A DNA stretch of 63,414 bases, filler included, from Octopus bimaculoides (taxonomy: Eukaryota): NCBI RefSeq assembly GCF_001194135.2. It is 3 parts of 3 records of this genome, joined end to end, with 100 filler letters (N's around TTAATTAATTAA, not from the genome) between each part and the next. Parts side by side here need not be neighbours in the genome. Positions count along the whole stretch, not along the records: positions 1 to 23,007 come from NC_069008.1; positions 23,108 to 51,373 come from NC_068984.1; 1 more part is not named here. The stretch is one strand, 5' to 3'. Made by a program: the position numbers and the translations under genes. Of this stretch, positions 11,195-23,149 are shown in pieces; positions within the stretch are counted from its first letter, which is position 1, and every line of letters begins with the position of its first letter. The notes under the pieces are model-generated. The model saw nothing but the letters and a program-made list of their open reading frames with translations, was not told the origin of the DNA and did no database searches.

Positions 11195-11964
11195 CTGTTA
11201 TAACAAACAACAATTATAACAAACAATTATCTTTAAAATAATTAACAATTAAGGTGAATCATTAAGGGGAGCTTAGCCATGTTTCCATAAATTTTCTCCT
11301 TCCTTCTCGGAAAAGGTAAGAACGCATTCAACAATGTAGTTCAAGATACTTTGTATTATAGACGTGATGGTCACATCTGGAACATCAGTGATCATAAGTT
11401 TGTTGAGGATAAACAACAACAACATGTCTTAGAGGTGGGTGAGAGTAGAGGAGGTGGACGAAAAAACTGTTGTTGTTGTTGTTGTGGGTTGATATTGGGA
11501 CTTAAACTCCGAAGGGAGTGACTAGATACAAGTTGTTATCCCTGAGATAATAATATCCCTTCGTAAGCAGAGACCATAAGACTTGTCGATGAAATGGAAT
11601 CGAAGACTTGTAAAAGTAGTCAGACCCCTTGGTCCTTACTATCTCCAATTCTAGGGCTCAGAGACCCAGTTACCCTTAGAGTATCAATGACCAAGTTCAC
11701 AACATTTCCCCCCACCGCACTCCTCTATGTCTGTGTCACGGGGTTATTCATTTGCAGCCAAGTGTACTGGTGTACAGTGAAAACCCAAAAAATGCTCAAT
11801 TCAAGAACGCAACACATCGCCTCTTCTGGGAACTGAAATTACGTTCTTGTGATTGTGAGCACAACAGTTTGACCACCTGGGATTTGAACTCAGGATGGAA
11901 AAGGGCACAACTGAAACTACAAAGCATTTGGTCAGATGCCGTAATGATTCTGCCAGTCCACCAG

Positions 11965-11995
<31 letters not shown>

Positions 11996-12019
11996 TTATT
12001 ACTACTACTACTAATAATA

Positions 12020-12240
12020 ATAATCCTTTCTACTAAAGGCACAAAACCTAAAATTTGTTGGGAAGGGACTAGTCGATTACATCGACCCAGTATGCAACTG
12101 GTACTTAATTTATCGATCCTGAAAAGATGAAAGGCAAAGTCAAACTCGGCAGAATTTGAACTCAGGACGTAGCGACCGGTGAAATGCCGCTAAGCATTTC
12201 ACCCGGCGTGCTAACCATTCTGCCAGTTCGCTGGCTTAAA
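12020..12240 (-). mobile_element. tRNA-derived SINE, family A
   Basis: Reverse complement of the family A consensus, with an (ACT/AAT)n tail at 11965-12022. Confidence 0.8.
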
Positions 12241-13034
12241 TAATGATGATGGTACCGATTTCTACTTGAGGCCCAAGGCCAACATTCACCCCTAGTGCTT
12301 CCCTGGGGCTCTCTCTTATTAACTCCAGAATGACGAAAACAAAATTGACTTGGGCAGGATTGAACTGGGAATATCAAGTTAGAAACTCTTTTTTTCTAAG
12401 AAATACAAAAGCATAAATTTTAGTAAAAAGTTAAGCATTGATGGTGATGGTGATGGTGATAGCAGTGACAGTGGAGTTGTATGGAGGGGGAGAGGTGACC
12501 TATGACCTATGAGCTTCATAGGCCCTCTTGTGGTAAACCAGTGGAATTAATGTTTGTTGTTGTTGTTCACATTGAATGATTCCAGAAGAACGAGGAGTGT
12601 GAAGGGTTAATGGTGAAGGTGGGAGTTAGTGGCAAATAAAAGATATAGGGGTCAAGAGATGGAGATATAAGGCAGGTTTGGGTGTAGCGGAGGGGCTGGG
12701 GCTGTAACTAGTTGGTTGTGAGGGGCAGGGGCAACAGTAGTAGCAGTAGAAAATACAAACTGATGTAACACAGCATGTGTGTGTGTGCGTGTGTGTGTGT
12801 GCAGAAGTGTTGGGGTGTGTGGGTGAGTGAGCCTAGGAGAATCAGTCAGGGGGTTTCCTTTTGGTTGTCCCTCCGTGGAACTCAGCGGTTCCTCTTGGAG
12901 ATGTTTAACCATTTTTGGAAGCTGAAGTATTTTCTGATCTTAAAGAGGAACATTCTCATGTTTGACATGTTGTTTCTATAGAGGTGAATGATGATGATGA
13001 GGAGGAGGAGTCTCACAGATATATTATTACCTAC

Positions 13035-13226
13035 CTGGTGGATGCTTGCATGTTGGTGCTGTACCATTCCAGAGACCGTCTGCCTGACACTTGACAACAG
13101 CTGGGCCCACAACCATTAGTCTTCCATAGCAACCATACTGGATAATACTATTGTATACTGTTCCACCATCTTTCACAATGTAGAGCTCATTGTTGGATTG
13201 TCCAGGGGGGTCTCCACAGCTGACAG
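13035..13226 (-). CDS. SVEP1: SVEP1-like exon, CCP/sushi domain
   Basis: ttttttgcctgataag|CT GTC AGC TGT...CCA G|gtaggt, encoding PVSCGDPPGQSNNELYIVKDGGTVYNSIIQYGCYGRLMVVGPAVVKCQADGLWNGTAPTCKHPP. Phase 1-1. Missed by the ORF track. Confidence 0.92.
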
Positions 13227-13417
13227 CTTATCAGGCAAAAAACAAGGGAAGGGAGATAATTCAAGACTAGATTATACTAATGTTACCAGGACAAGATATA
13301 TTCTGCTTAAGTATTCATATTATATATATTCTTTTATTCTCTTCAGTCATTTCAATGCGACACACACACCACACACAAACACAAAAACACACACATACAT
13401 ATATGTACAATTTCTCC

Positions 13418-13455
<38 letters not shown>

Positions 13456-13600
13456 AGTGTATTTACAAGTATGCATGCAAAAGAAAAATTGAAAAACAAA
13501 AGCAAACCAGAAACTGAATGAATGAGTGAGAGGGTGAGTGAGAGAGTGAGTGAGAGAGTGAGTGAGTGAGATGGGTTGATGTTTGGTTGGTGCTACTTAC

Positions 13601-16600
13601 GTTTGCATTGAGGACTTGGGTTGCTCCATTTAGCATCCATCAAACAGAACGAGATGAACGGTCCCTTGCGTGTGTAACCCTTCTCGCAGTTATAGAATAT
13701 ATGTTTGGTAAATGTAAACGCGGTTCCAGTATATATGACATTGTCTTCAGTTGGCGGAGGGCCACAGTCAACTGGAATGCACTCTAAAGAACTGGCGGCT
13801 TCCCAGCTGCCATTCGACTGGCATTTTAAGGATTTCTTTGCACCCAACGCATAGCCCTCTTCACATTTGTACTCAGCAAAACCACCGTAGACAGTTCCAT
13901 TGGGTAAGTCGATACTTTCAGTTTGACTGATTTGGGGAGGTTTTCCACAGTCGATTGGAACGCACTCCCCTTTCAGAGGGGACCAGGTCCTGTTAGAAAG
14001 GCACCAGGCCGTAGCGTTGCCCTTCAAGTAGTAACCGTCATTGCAGGTGATTACCATTTTGTCGTTGTAAGTGGTCGTTAGTGTAGTGGCATACTGTATA
14101 ACTGGTGGTGGGCCGCACATTGAGGGCCTGCACTCAGGTACTTTGCCAATGTAAGTTCCATTAACGCTACATACCAGGGTCGACTGCCCAATCATGCGGT
14201 GACCATCATCACATGTGTATTGTACGATATCGTTTACAATAAAATAGCTTCCATTGTTAAATCCATTTTTCACTTGAGGTGGTTCAGGGCATTCTATGGG
14301 GATACAGTTTGGATCCAATCCACTCCATTTTCCCTTGATGCATACCTGTGAATAGGAAAGTTCAATTTCTAATTGATAACCCGTGTCACATTTGTATTCA
14401 GCTCTATCAGGTCGGTCTTTTATTTTCTTCACTACAGCTCTTCCATTTTTCACACTAGGCACCTGACATTGGATTTCTTTACAAATGGGAGTTTCTGAAC
14501 TCCACAATTTACTGCCAAGACACGTGATTGTTGGCGGACCAATCAGATTATAACCTTCCTCACAATAGTAAAATGCATCGGAACCTACTGTAATACTCTT
14601 GTATTTCACAATTCCATTTTCCGGTTTCTTAGGTTCGGGGCAAATATTTAAAACACACTCTGGGGCACTGTTCGTCCATTCACCATTGGATTGACACATG
14701 CGTACAGCGCTTCCTTCGAGTATATAGTTCTCTGAGCAGGTGTACGTGATAGATTGACCGTAGCTTAGTTCGGGTGGAAATTTAACGAATCCGTTAGGAA
14801 ATTCTTCAGGAAGAGGGCAGACAATTTTATCACATTTTGGTAGTGTGCCATCCCAGGACCCATTGAAGAGGCACAATAGTGTTGAATGGCCAATGAGAAT
14901 GTAGCCGACGTCACAGGAGAAGGTCAGTTGGGTGTAAGGCACGTAGTGTTGTCGACCATTATTTGATATTGAACCGTGTTGCAAGGTTTTGATTTCAGGA
15001 CATGTTATTAGCATACAGGTGATGTTGTTAACGTCCCAGAGTCCCTCTTCATTACAAGTGGCGATAGGATCCCCGATCAGTTCGTAGCCCTCCACACAAT
15101 AGTACCTAACATCTTCCAAGGAATCTGTGGATTCGATCTCCGAACGCTTAATATGGGTATAGAATGCATTGGCTATGGTAGGAGGGTCTTTGCACGAGAT
15201 CTTTTCACACTTAGGGTCGGTGCCCGACCACTGTTTGTTTGCCAAGCACAAACGTTCAGCGTTTCCCACAAGTCTGTAGCCAAAACTGCACTCATATTTT
15301 ATGGAACTATTGTAGCTGTAGTTTTTGCCAACAATAAAGCCATTAGCAATAGAGGCTACTCTTTTACAAGAGACCCTAGAACATTTCACTTGGTCTGTGG
15401 TCCACTTCTCAGTCGGCAGACAAAATATATATACATTCGGATGAGGCTCAAAGCCCTCGTCACAGATAAGTTCCAGTTTAGCACCAATTGACCTCTTGTT
15501 CGAGCTGAATCGCCCATGTAGCGGTGCTGTAATATTCTTGCAGGTTTTTTGCTCACAAATTGGTTCTTCTCCAGTCCATTTTCCTTCCTTGGAGCATATT
15601 AATGTGGTGGAGGAGGCGCGTGCTCGATAATCCCTGTCGCAGTTGTAAACCAGTTTTGCCCCCGGGTAGCGCTCATAAGTTTTGAATATATATCCATTGA
15701 CAATGTTTATTTTGTTACACATTATCTGTTCACATTTCGGTTCTTCACCAGACCAAACGAATCCAGGCAGACAGGTTCGTGTTGACGTGCCGACGATTCT
15801 GTAATCTGATTCACAAGAATATGTAATGGCATCATTAACCTCATACGCAGCTGAACTATCCGTTGATTTTGCTGTTTTTGTTGTCTTTTTCGTCTGAAGA
15901 ACAAGTTCTTGGATTGATATGCTCTGCTCATTGATAAAACCATTGGGAATGCTTGCTGGCAACAGGCACCCTATTGCCTCGCACACAGGCATGTAACCCT
16001 TCCAAGTCAGCGACGCAGTGCAGAACATTGAGCTGCGTTTTTTCATTTTGTAGCCCTCGTCACACTCGAATTGAACTCTCGTTCCTACTGACCTCTCGAC
16101 GGTTAGTAACTTGCCGTGTTCCAACTTCCTTAACTCGGGACATCTAAGTTTAACACACTTGGGTGGATTGGCAGGCACCCAAGAATTGCTTATGCACTGT
16201 AAAGTGCTGTTTCCAATCATTTCGTACCCGGGTTTGCATCGATACTGGGCATAAACCTTGCTACCAGAAGACACTTTTGACACTGAAGCGTACGAAATGC
16301 TTTTCACTGGAGGGCAGCGTTTCCGTACACAGACTGGGGCTTTTCCTGACCACTGTCCATTCTGTAGACAAGTACGATTCGCGTTGCCCACCAATTCGTA
16401 GGTTGATATACATGAGTAGGTAGCATTTTGTCCAAATTTCGATTTTATCCTCACCGCACCATTGGCAATGCGAGGTAGAAAGCCACAGTTTTTAGCACAA
16501 AATGGCTTGTTACCACCACTCCATGAACCATTGGTCAGACAAGTCCGATAAGAAGCACCGACGAGGGAATAACCAACGAAGCAATTAATAGAAACACTGG

Positions 16601-18457
16601 CGCCATAGTCTCTACGGAACGATGACACACGCCCTCGTTTCACTGACAGAACTGGACATTTGACTTTCTCACAGACAGGAACAGGGGTGTCCCATTCTCC
16701 ATTTGCCTGACATGAACGGTTCATTTTGTCTGAGGACAAATAACCAGAATCACAGCTGTAGTTGACAACAGCGCCATAACTAAAATTCACACCGTGCATA
16801 CGACCATTTGAGATAAAATGCGATGGAGAATCACAAAGGATCGCTTTGCATGTAGGTTCCTTATCAGACCAAGTTGCATTTTCAGTGCAGACTTGCTGAC
16901 TACTTCCAGTGAGCTTGAAACCGGAATTGCACTCATAATTGACAACAGACTGATAGGTTCTGGATGTGAAGTTCCTATATCCATGTTCGATATTTGGAGG
17001 AATTTTACAAAATACCGGTTCGCATGTGACGTTGGCAGCACTCCAGGTCAGGTCACTTAAGCAAATTCTCATCTGGTCTCCCCTATGATGGTAACCGCTA
17101 TCACAATTATATGTTACAGTTGAACCGACTCTCAGATCAGTAGAGAAGGAGATCGATGTGTTGGCCACTTCTGGAGGTTCACTGCAACTCAATGGTTTGC
17201 AATAAGGCACCTCACCTTCCCATGTTTCGTTAGACAGGCACTTCCGCTGAGCTTCTCCGACCAGTTTGTAATTTGTAACGCATTTATACTCGACGATGTT
17301 TCCAAATTCCACACCTTCCACTTGAGTGACGCCATTCTCAATGTCTTCAGGTTCGCTGCAGTTTATAGGAACGCAAACAGGAATCTCTTGAATCCAAGAC
17401 TTATTTGAACTGCATCTTATTCCGTCACTTCCCGCTAAAACATAACCTTCATCGCAGAAATACTCGACAACATCATTCACTTTGTAATCTCTTGACGATT
17501 TGTTATAAAATCCATTTTCTATAGTTGGGGGATCCAAACAACTGATTGCCTGGCATTTAGGAGGCTCACTCAACCAGGTACCGTTGCTACCACACAAAAC
17601 CTCGGGCGTCGTCAAAATCTCAAAACCCTCGTAGCATTGATAAACAGCAATTGATCCAAACTTGTAATCACCGGACATTGCGTAACCATGTTCAGTTGGT
17701 TTTGGTTTCGGACAATGAATGGGTTTACAGATTGGTGACACACCAGACCAGGTGGCATTTTCCAAACACTTGCGTTCTCGGTTACCGATCAACGTGAAAT
17801 GTGTTTTGCACTTATAAAGAAGTGTGCTCCCATATGTATAGTTACTGACCAGAATCTCTGCTTTGTCGACACGCTCTGGTGATTGGCAAACGACAGGTAA
17901 ACATTTTGGTGTTTTTGATGACCATACACCCTCTTCCCAGCACTCGAGAAATTCGGGAGGCAATAGTTCATAGCCAGGTTCACACACATAGCGAACTAAT
18001 TGGAGATACTCAGTTTTGTTGTACTTGGCAACAGCATGTTCGACATCTGGTGGCTTTCCACAATCAATAATCACACAACTGGTTAAGTTTGTTTGCCATT
18101 TACCTCCGGGCATACACCGGACAGACCCAAGTGTGCTAAACGAAGAGGATGTGTTAGCCAACCTGTAACCAAAGCCGCACTTGTATTTTAAATTGTCACC
18201 AACGAAGTACCGAGTTTTCACCTTCAACTCTAGTTGAGCATTCTGTATTTCGGGTATATTGCTGCAGTATGTTTCGTCACAAGAAGGAATACTTTTGTCC
18301 CACGAACCATCCAGCTGACATGTAATTGATGAGTGACCGGTAAGGATTCTATAGCCCTTTGAACAGAAAAAAGATATCTGGTCTCTTGGTTTGTAAACTT
18401 TCTTCGTCGAGGAAACGTGGGTGTGTTTAGAGACGACAGGGGCGTCACACACAATCT
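13601..18457 (-). CDS. SVEP1: SVEP1-like giant exon (4,857 bp) encoding 27 tandem CCP/sushi domains
   Basis: gtatattttgcag|AG ATT GTG TGT GAC ... TGC AAA C|gtaagt. An uninterrupted 1,618-codon frame with 27 C-x-P...(Y/F)xC..G(Y/F)...C...W...C repeats counted by eye. Phase 1-1. Confidence 0.97.
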
Positions 18458-18622
18458 CTGCAAAATATACAAAATATACAAAATATAATATATACGATGC
18501 TTACTGTATCTTGGAACAAACAACAACATAAACAGACAACGCAATACATTTGATTGACTATAAATACATACACGCACACATAAAACTCTCTTTTATAGAT
18601 ATAGATAACAACTGTTACTTAC

Positions 18623-18796
18623 CTAAACACTTGGGTGGGGGGTTACTCCATAATCCATTCAGATTGCAATACGACATGTTGGATCCTACCAGTTGGTAAC
18701 CATGGTTACAGCTGTAACGGACCCTGTTATCGAAGGTGTGGCGAGTACCACTGACACGACCGTTGGTTGGCATCTTTGGTCTGTCACAGACGATCT
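18623..18796 (-). CDS. SVEP1: SVEP1-like exon, second CCP after the pentraxin domain
   Basis: (cac)n cag|AG ATC GTC TGT...TTA G|gtaagt, encoding KIVCDRPKMPTNGRVSGTRHTFDNRVRYSCNHGYQLVGSNMSYCNLNGLWSNPPPKCL. Confidence 0.92.
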
Positions 18797-19399
18797 CTGG
18801 TGGTGGTGGTGGTGGTGTAATGGCAGTTGGGATGGAGAGGAAGGAAAGAAAAAAACACTGAGTAAGGACATAATGGCTTATATATGTATTGATACACCAC
18901 ACAGACATATTTGTATATGTGTGTGTATGCGTGCGTATGTGTATATATATATATATATATATGCATATGTATGTGTATGTATATGTATGTATGCATGTAC
19001 GTACGTATGTGTGTATGTATGTATGTACGTATGTATGCATGTATGCATAGCTTGTGAGAGAGAGAGAGTGTGTGTGTGTGTATGTGTGTGTGTGCAGTTA
19101 ATAAGAAATCAAATAAATAACAAGGGGTGGGGAGAGATTATGCAATGCACTTCCTTAACTGCTGTTTCACTAAAAGATTAAATGTTCTCCCAAGTGAATG
19201 CTTGTGAAACAGGTTCAGAAACTGTAGTAAAAAGCTAAACGTTCATTGCATTATTTCTTGTCTCTTTGTCATTTAATGATTTCAAATTTTGGATGAAGGT
19301 CAGCCATTTCGAAATTTCTCGAAGGACATTAAAAGGGGTGGGGTGGGGGGCTTAAAAGCGAACAAAAATACAGGGCACTGAGCAGGAAGTATAATATTG

Positions 19400-19530
19400 A
19401 AAGAAAGGGCCTTAATAGTGGTAATGGAGAAACTGAAACAGCGCCTCGTTGCAAAGAAAGCAAAGATGGTAAGACACGATCAAAGAATGAAGGGTTACCA
19501 GCAGAATAGGTTATTCAGAGTAGAATTCTA
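19400..19530 (+). mobile_element. Possible R4/Dong-like LINE fragment
   Basis: Short remnant QRLVAKKAKMVRHDQRMKGYQQNRLFRV resembling the pre-RT region of RLE-type non-LTR elements. Confidence 0.4.
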
Positions 19531-19836
19531 CCAGTTCACCGCCTAATATATATATATATATGTACGTGACTTTGTTTCTGTGTTTGTCCCCACACACCAC
19601 TTGATAACCGGTGCTGGAGTGTTTACGTCACCATAACTTAGCAGTTCAGGAAAAGATACTGACAGAAAATAGGAAAGAAATACTGGGATTTATACATTCG
19701 AGAAATAATTCTTCAAGGCGGTGCCCCAGCATGGCCACAAAAGAATGGCTGAAACAGGTACAACATAAATAAATAAAAGATAAAATAAGGAAGACAGAGA
19801 GAGCAGGACGGGAAGAGGTGCAACAAGAATACTTAC

Positions 19837-20004
19837 TCTCACATTTCGGATTGGCACCACTCCAGTCGCCTGTGCCAAGGCAAACTCGTTCGTTTTCTCC
19901 TTTCAGATTGTAACCGATGTTGCACGAGTAGAGAGCATTGGAACCAGTCGTGTTGCCGGCCACTTGGACACTGCCCTGGTCTACCTTCTGGGGCTGTTTA
20001 CAGT
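19837..20004 (-). CDS. SVEP1: SVEP1-like exon, first CCP after the pentraxin domain
   Basis: aaatctcacag|AC TGT AAA...GAG A|gtaagt, encoding DCKQPQKVDQGSVQVAGNTTGSNALYSCNIGYNLKGENERVCLGTGDWSGANPKCE. Confidence 0.93.
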
Positions 20005-20464
20005 CTGTGAGATTTGGTGGGGAGAGCGGTCAGTGATCACAGATGGGTGTGTGTGTGTGTGATGGTATGTGTATTGTTGATGGTGGTGGAGGTTGTGGCG
20101 TGACAGTGCGGTATTGGTGGCAGTTGGAGTGATTTGGGTGGTGGAGTAGGGATGAGAGAGATAGAGAAAGGGGTAGTGAAATTGTAGGGGTGGGTGGGAG
20201 GAACAAAGAAAGAAAAAAGAGGGAAAAGTAATCATCATCGTCATCACAGGATATATGTACACTTACTCAATTATACACATGAAATTTCATTTACACACAT
20301 ATATTCACACACATACTCACACACATACACCCACTTAAACATACATACACATACACACACACACACATACGCGCGCGCACACGTCCCTAGAACTACCAGA
20401 AATCGGTGAAAGTTTCTTGGAGACTTGTTTGACTTCTGCAAAGAAACTAAACACAAGGAATAGT

Positions 20465-20525
<61 letters not shown>

Positions 20526-20526
20526 G

Positions 20527-20573
<47 letters not shown>

Positions 20574-20748
20574 TCCGCACAAACATATAAACGTGTAACC
20601 ATACACATACACATACACACACGCACACTCACATAAACACATATACTCATATACACAAGCACGCATACGTTCTCACTCACATGCTCGCACATATATACTC
20701 ACACACACAAACACATTCACAAACATACACACACGAATATTCACTTAC

Positions 20749-20985
20749 CTGAACAAAAAGTATTCGATAAACTTTTCACTCGACCCCGTAAACCAGATTG
20801 AAATGAGGGCCAAGACACCACATTACCGAATTCGTCACAACTGGTGAGCATGGCTTTGAATTTTGCAGGGTCCAGTTTGTAGTCCCAGAGGTTTATCTGA
20901 CCAAGTTCTCCAATGAAGGATTCTCGGGAATTAAAGCCGCCCCCCATTGAGTCTTGTTCCTGACCAACCACGAGCAATCCATTCC
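20749..20985 (-). CDS. SVEP1: SVEP1-like exon, pentraxin C-terminal part
   Basis: ctttctccttccag|GG AAT GGA...TCA G|gtaagt, encoding GNGLLVVGQEQDSMGGGFNSRESFIGELGQINLWDYKL...GNVVSW. Contains the pentraxin GQEQD..GG.F...SF.G motif. Confidence 0.95.
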
Positions 20986-21329
20986 CTGGAAGGAGAAAGA
21001 GAATAATCAGGAGACGAAGCATGCTGCTGTTCGAGGTGGTGGTCACTTGAGGCATGGCAGAATAGAATAAGCTGAGGTGACAATGGCATCCACCAAGTTG
21101 GGTCACTTACTATCCCCTCCTCCACCTCCACTTTGCTTTCATCTTTTCGGGAGAGCAGTTACGCACTGGGGTCAATGTAATCGACTTAATCCTCTTCTCC
21201 AAATTTGAAACCTTGTGCATCCAGAAAGAAGGATTATTATTTTGTTGTTTTTGCACAGCTTCTAACGCTGGCGATGTACTACGGTGTCAGCTGTTCCCTA
21301 CCAGTGAACTAAGGTATCACCCTTATTTT

Positions 21330-21880
21330 TCGAGGAGCATCCGGTGTATTCGAGCGGTTCCAAGCAGTGCTGTTTTCTGCAAGTGTTCAACCGTTATTGC
21401 AGCCCCTATTTGTTCCATGTAATTCTCAAGATTTTTACTCACTGTTCTCAGGGCACCGACGCTTATTGGTACTACTATCACCTTTTTTCATCGACCATAA
21501 CTGCTTAATCTCCCAAGCTAACCTGTCGTACCTGTCGAATTTTCTTTCTTCTTTATCACATACCTTGTTGTCAGCTGGGCATGCTATATATCTATGATCC
21601 AGCATAGTTTGTTTTCTTTCTCAATTAAGACTATGTCCGGCTTCCTATTCTCTATCTCATGGTCGCACTGAATCATAAAATCCCATAGGCTCTCTTGCAT
21701 TATCATTTTCGTTGATACCTTCGGGTTTATGTTCGTACCACTTTTTTGCTCTGTCAAGTCCATATTTGTTGCAAAGTGTCCAATGGACAATCCTTGCTAT
21801 GTTGTCATGATGTCTCTTATATTGTTCCTGGGCTAGTGGCGTATATTGACTGGTAATATGCCATACGGTTTCACCATTTA
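21330..21880 (-). mobile_element. R4/Dong-like LINE 3' fragment (restriction-like endonuclease)
   Basis: LWDFMIQCDHEIENRKPDIVLIEKENKLCWIIDIACP...RYDRL...VIVVPI.VGAL...LQKTALLGTA carries the RLE PD..D signature. Confidence 0.85.
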
Positions 21881-21889
21881 TTATTATTA

Positions 21890-22125
21890 GGGTGGCGAGC
21901 TGGAAGAATGGTTCACACGCCAGCCGAATGCTTAGCGGTATTTGATCTGCTGCTACATTTTGAGTTCAAATTCCGCCGAGGTCGACATTGCTTGTCATCC
22001 TTTCGGGGTCGATTAAACAAGTACCAGATGAACACTGGAGTCGATGTGATCGACTCATCTCTTCCTCCTCCAAAATTTCTGTCCTTGTGGCAATATTTAA
22101 AGCCATTATTATTATAGATAAGAAT
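21890..22125 (+). mobile_element. tRNA-derived SINE, family A
   Basis: ggtggcgagctggaagaat...tgagttcaaattccgccgaggtcgacattgcttgtcatcctttcggggtcgat. Confidence 0.8.
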
Positions 22126-22169
22126 GTTGGGAAAAAATTTCCGTACATCTGGCTACAACAAGCAACCTT

Positions 22170-22440
22170 ATAAACTAAGAACTGCCTTAAGTTTCCTAGC
22201 TGTCCCTAATAACACTGTTTTCTGGGGTTGCACTAAACTAGGTCTAATGCCTATTTCCTCTATCCATCTGTTCAAAATCTTTAGGGTTAGTTCCTATAGC
22301 TACAGGATTACGTTTTACCAGCCTTTCAACTGCAACTTAATGACTACATTCTGCAGTTTTGCTATTTTCTCTATACCCTTCACGTTGAGTTTCTTATAAT
22401 TTAGGACTGTAAAGTCAAATTATCTGGCACTTTCCATTCT
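22170..22440 (-). mobile_element. R4/Dong-like LINE extreme 3' end
   Basis: Reverse strand reads ...VQPQKTVLLGTARKLKAVL*, the same C-terminal motif as 21330-21400. Confidence 0.6.
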
Positions 22441-22445
22441 CTTTG

Positions 22446-22485
<40 letters not shown>

Positions 22486-22602
22486 AATCAGCCCTTTTAA
22501 CTTCCATTGTTCTGTCAGCCTGACTGTCGAAGTCCCACGACATCTGGTATTTCTTACTCTCTAGTACTTAACTAGAAAGGGTAACGACTACGTTTGACTT
22601 AC

Positions 22603-22775
22603 CTTCAATTTGTTGAGCTTTCGATAAATTCTTTGCTTGGTTAATGATCTTCGAATCCAAATAAATCTCCCAGCTACCATCAACCATGGACCACGTGACT
22701 GCGATATGATGCCAGAGACCATCATTAGCAACAACATCTGTCGTTTCACTTTTACCATTGATGTACAGGGTAAAT
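22603..22775 (-). CDS. SVEP1: SVEP1-like exon, pentraxin middle part (most 5' exon found)
   Basis: gtctatctctag|A TTT ACC...GAA G|gtaagt, encoding [57 protein letters not shown], with the pentraxin/LamG WHHIAVTW motif. Phase 2 in, phase 1 out. Confidence 0.95.
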
Positions 22776-22879
22776 CTAGAGATAGACGTATAAATATTCA
22801 AGCGTATGAATATATGTACATATATATATATATACATATATATATAATACATATACATAATTGTATATATATATATATG

Positions 22880-22948
<69 letters not shown>

Positions 22949-22951
22949 GTA

Positions 22952-22984
<33 letters not shown>

Positions 22985-23149
22985 GTATATATGTATATAT
23001 ACATATANNNNNNNNNNNNNNNNNNNNNNNNNNNNNNNNNNNNNNNNNNNNTTAATTAATTAANNNNNNNNNNNNNNNNNNNNNNNNNNNNNNNNNNNNN
23101 NNNNNNNAATAATAATAATAATAAATGCCCGGTAAAAGCCAAGTAAATT

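Noticed and set aside
12880-12978. Acceptor-like cacctctatag| downstream of exon 13035-13226
   Set aside because: In the required phase it reads ETTCQT* with no domain content, and the exon chain is complete without it.
13593-18452. ORF-track start 'M' and end 'RK*' of the 1,619-aa ORF, and the short antisense or alternate-frame ORFs inside it
   Set aside because: The start is an internal GTG (Val) after a splice acceptor, and the end runs into the intron. The overlapping ORFs are shadows of the coding exon.
23008-23107. TTAATTAATTAA island inside N runs (also 51374-51473)
   Set aside because: 44 N + 12 bp + 44 N = 100 bp in both places, and the 12-mer has stops in all six frames. This is an assembly gap placeholder, not biology.
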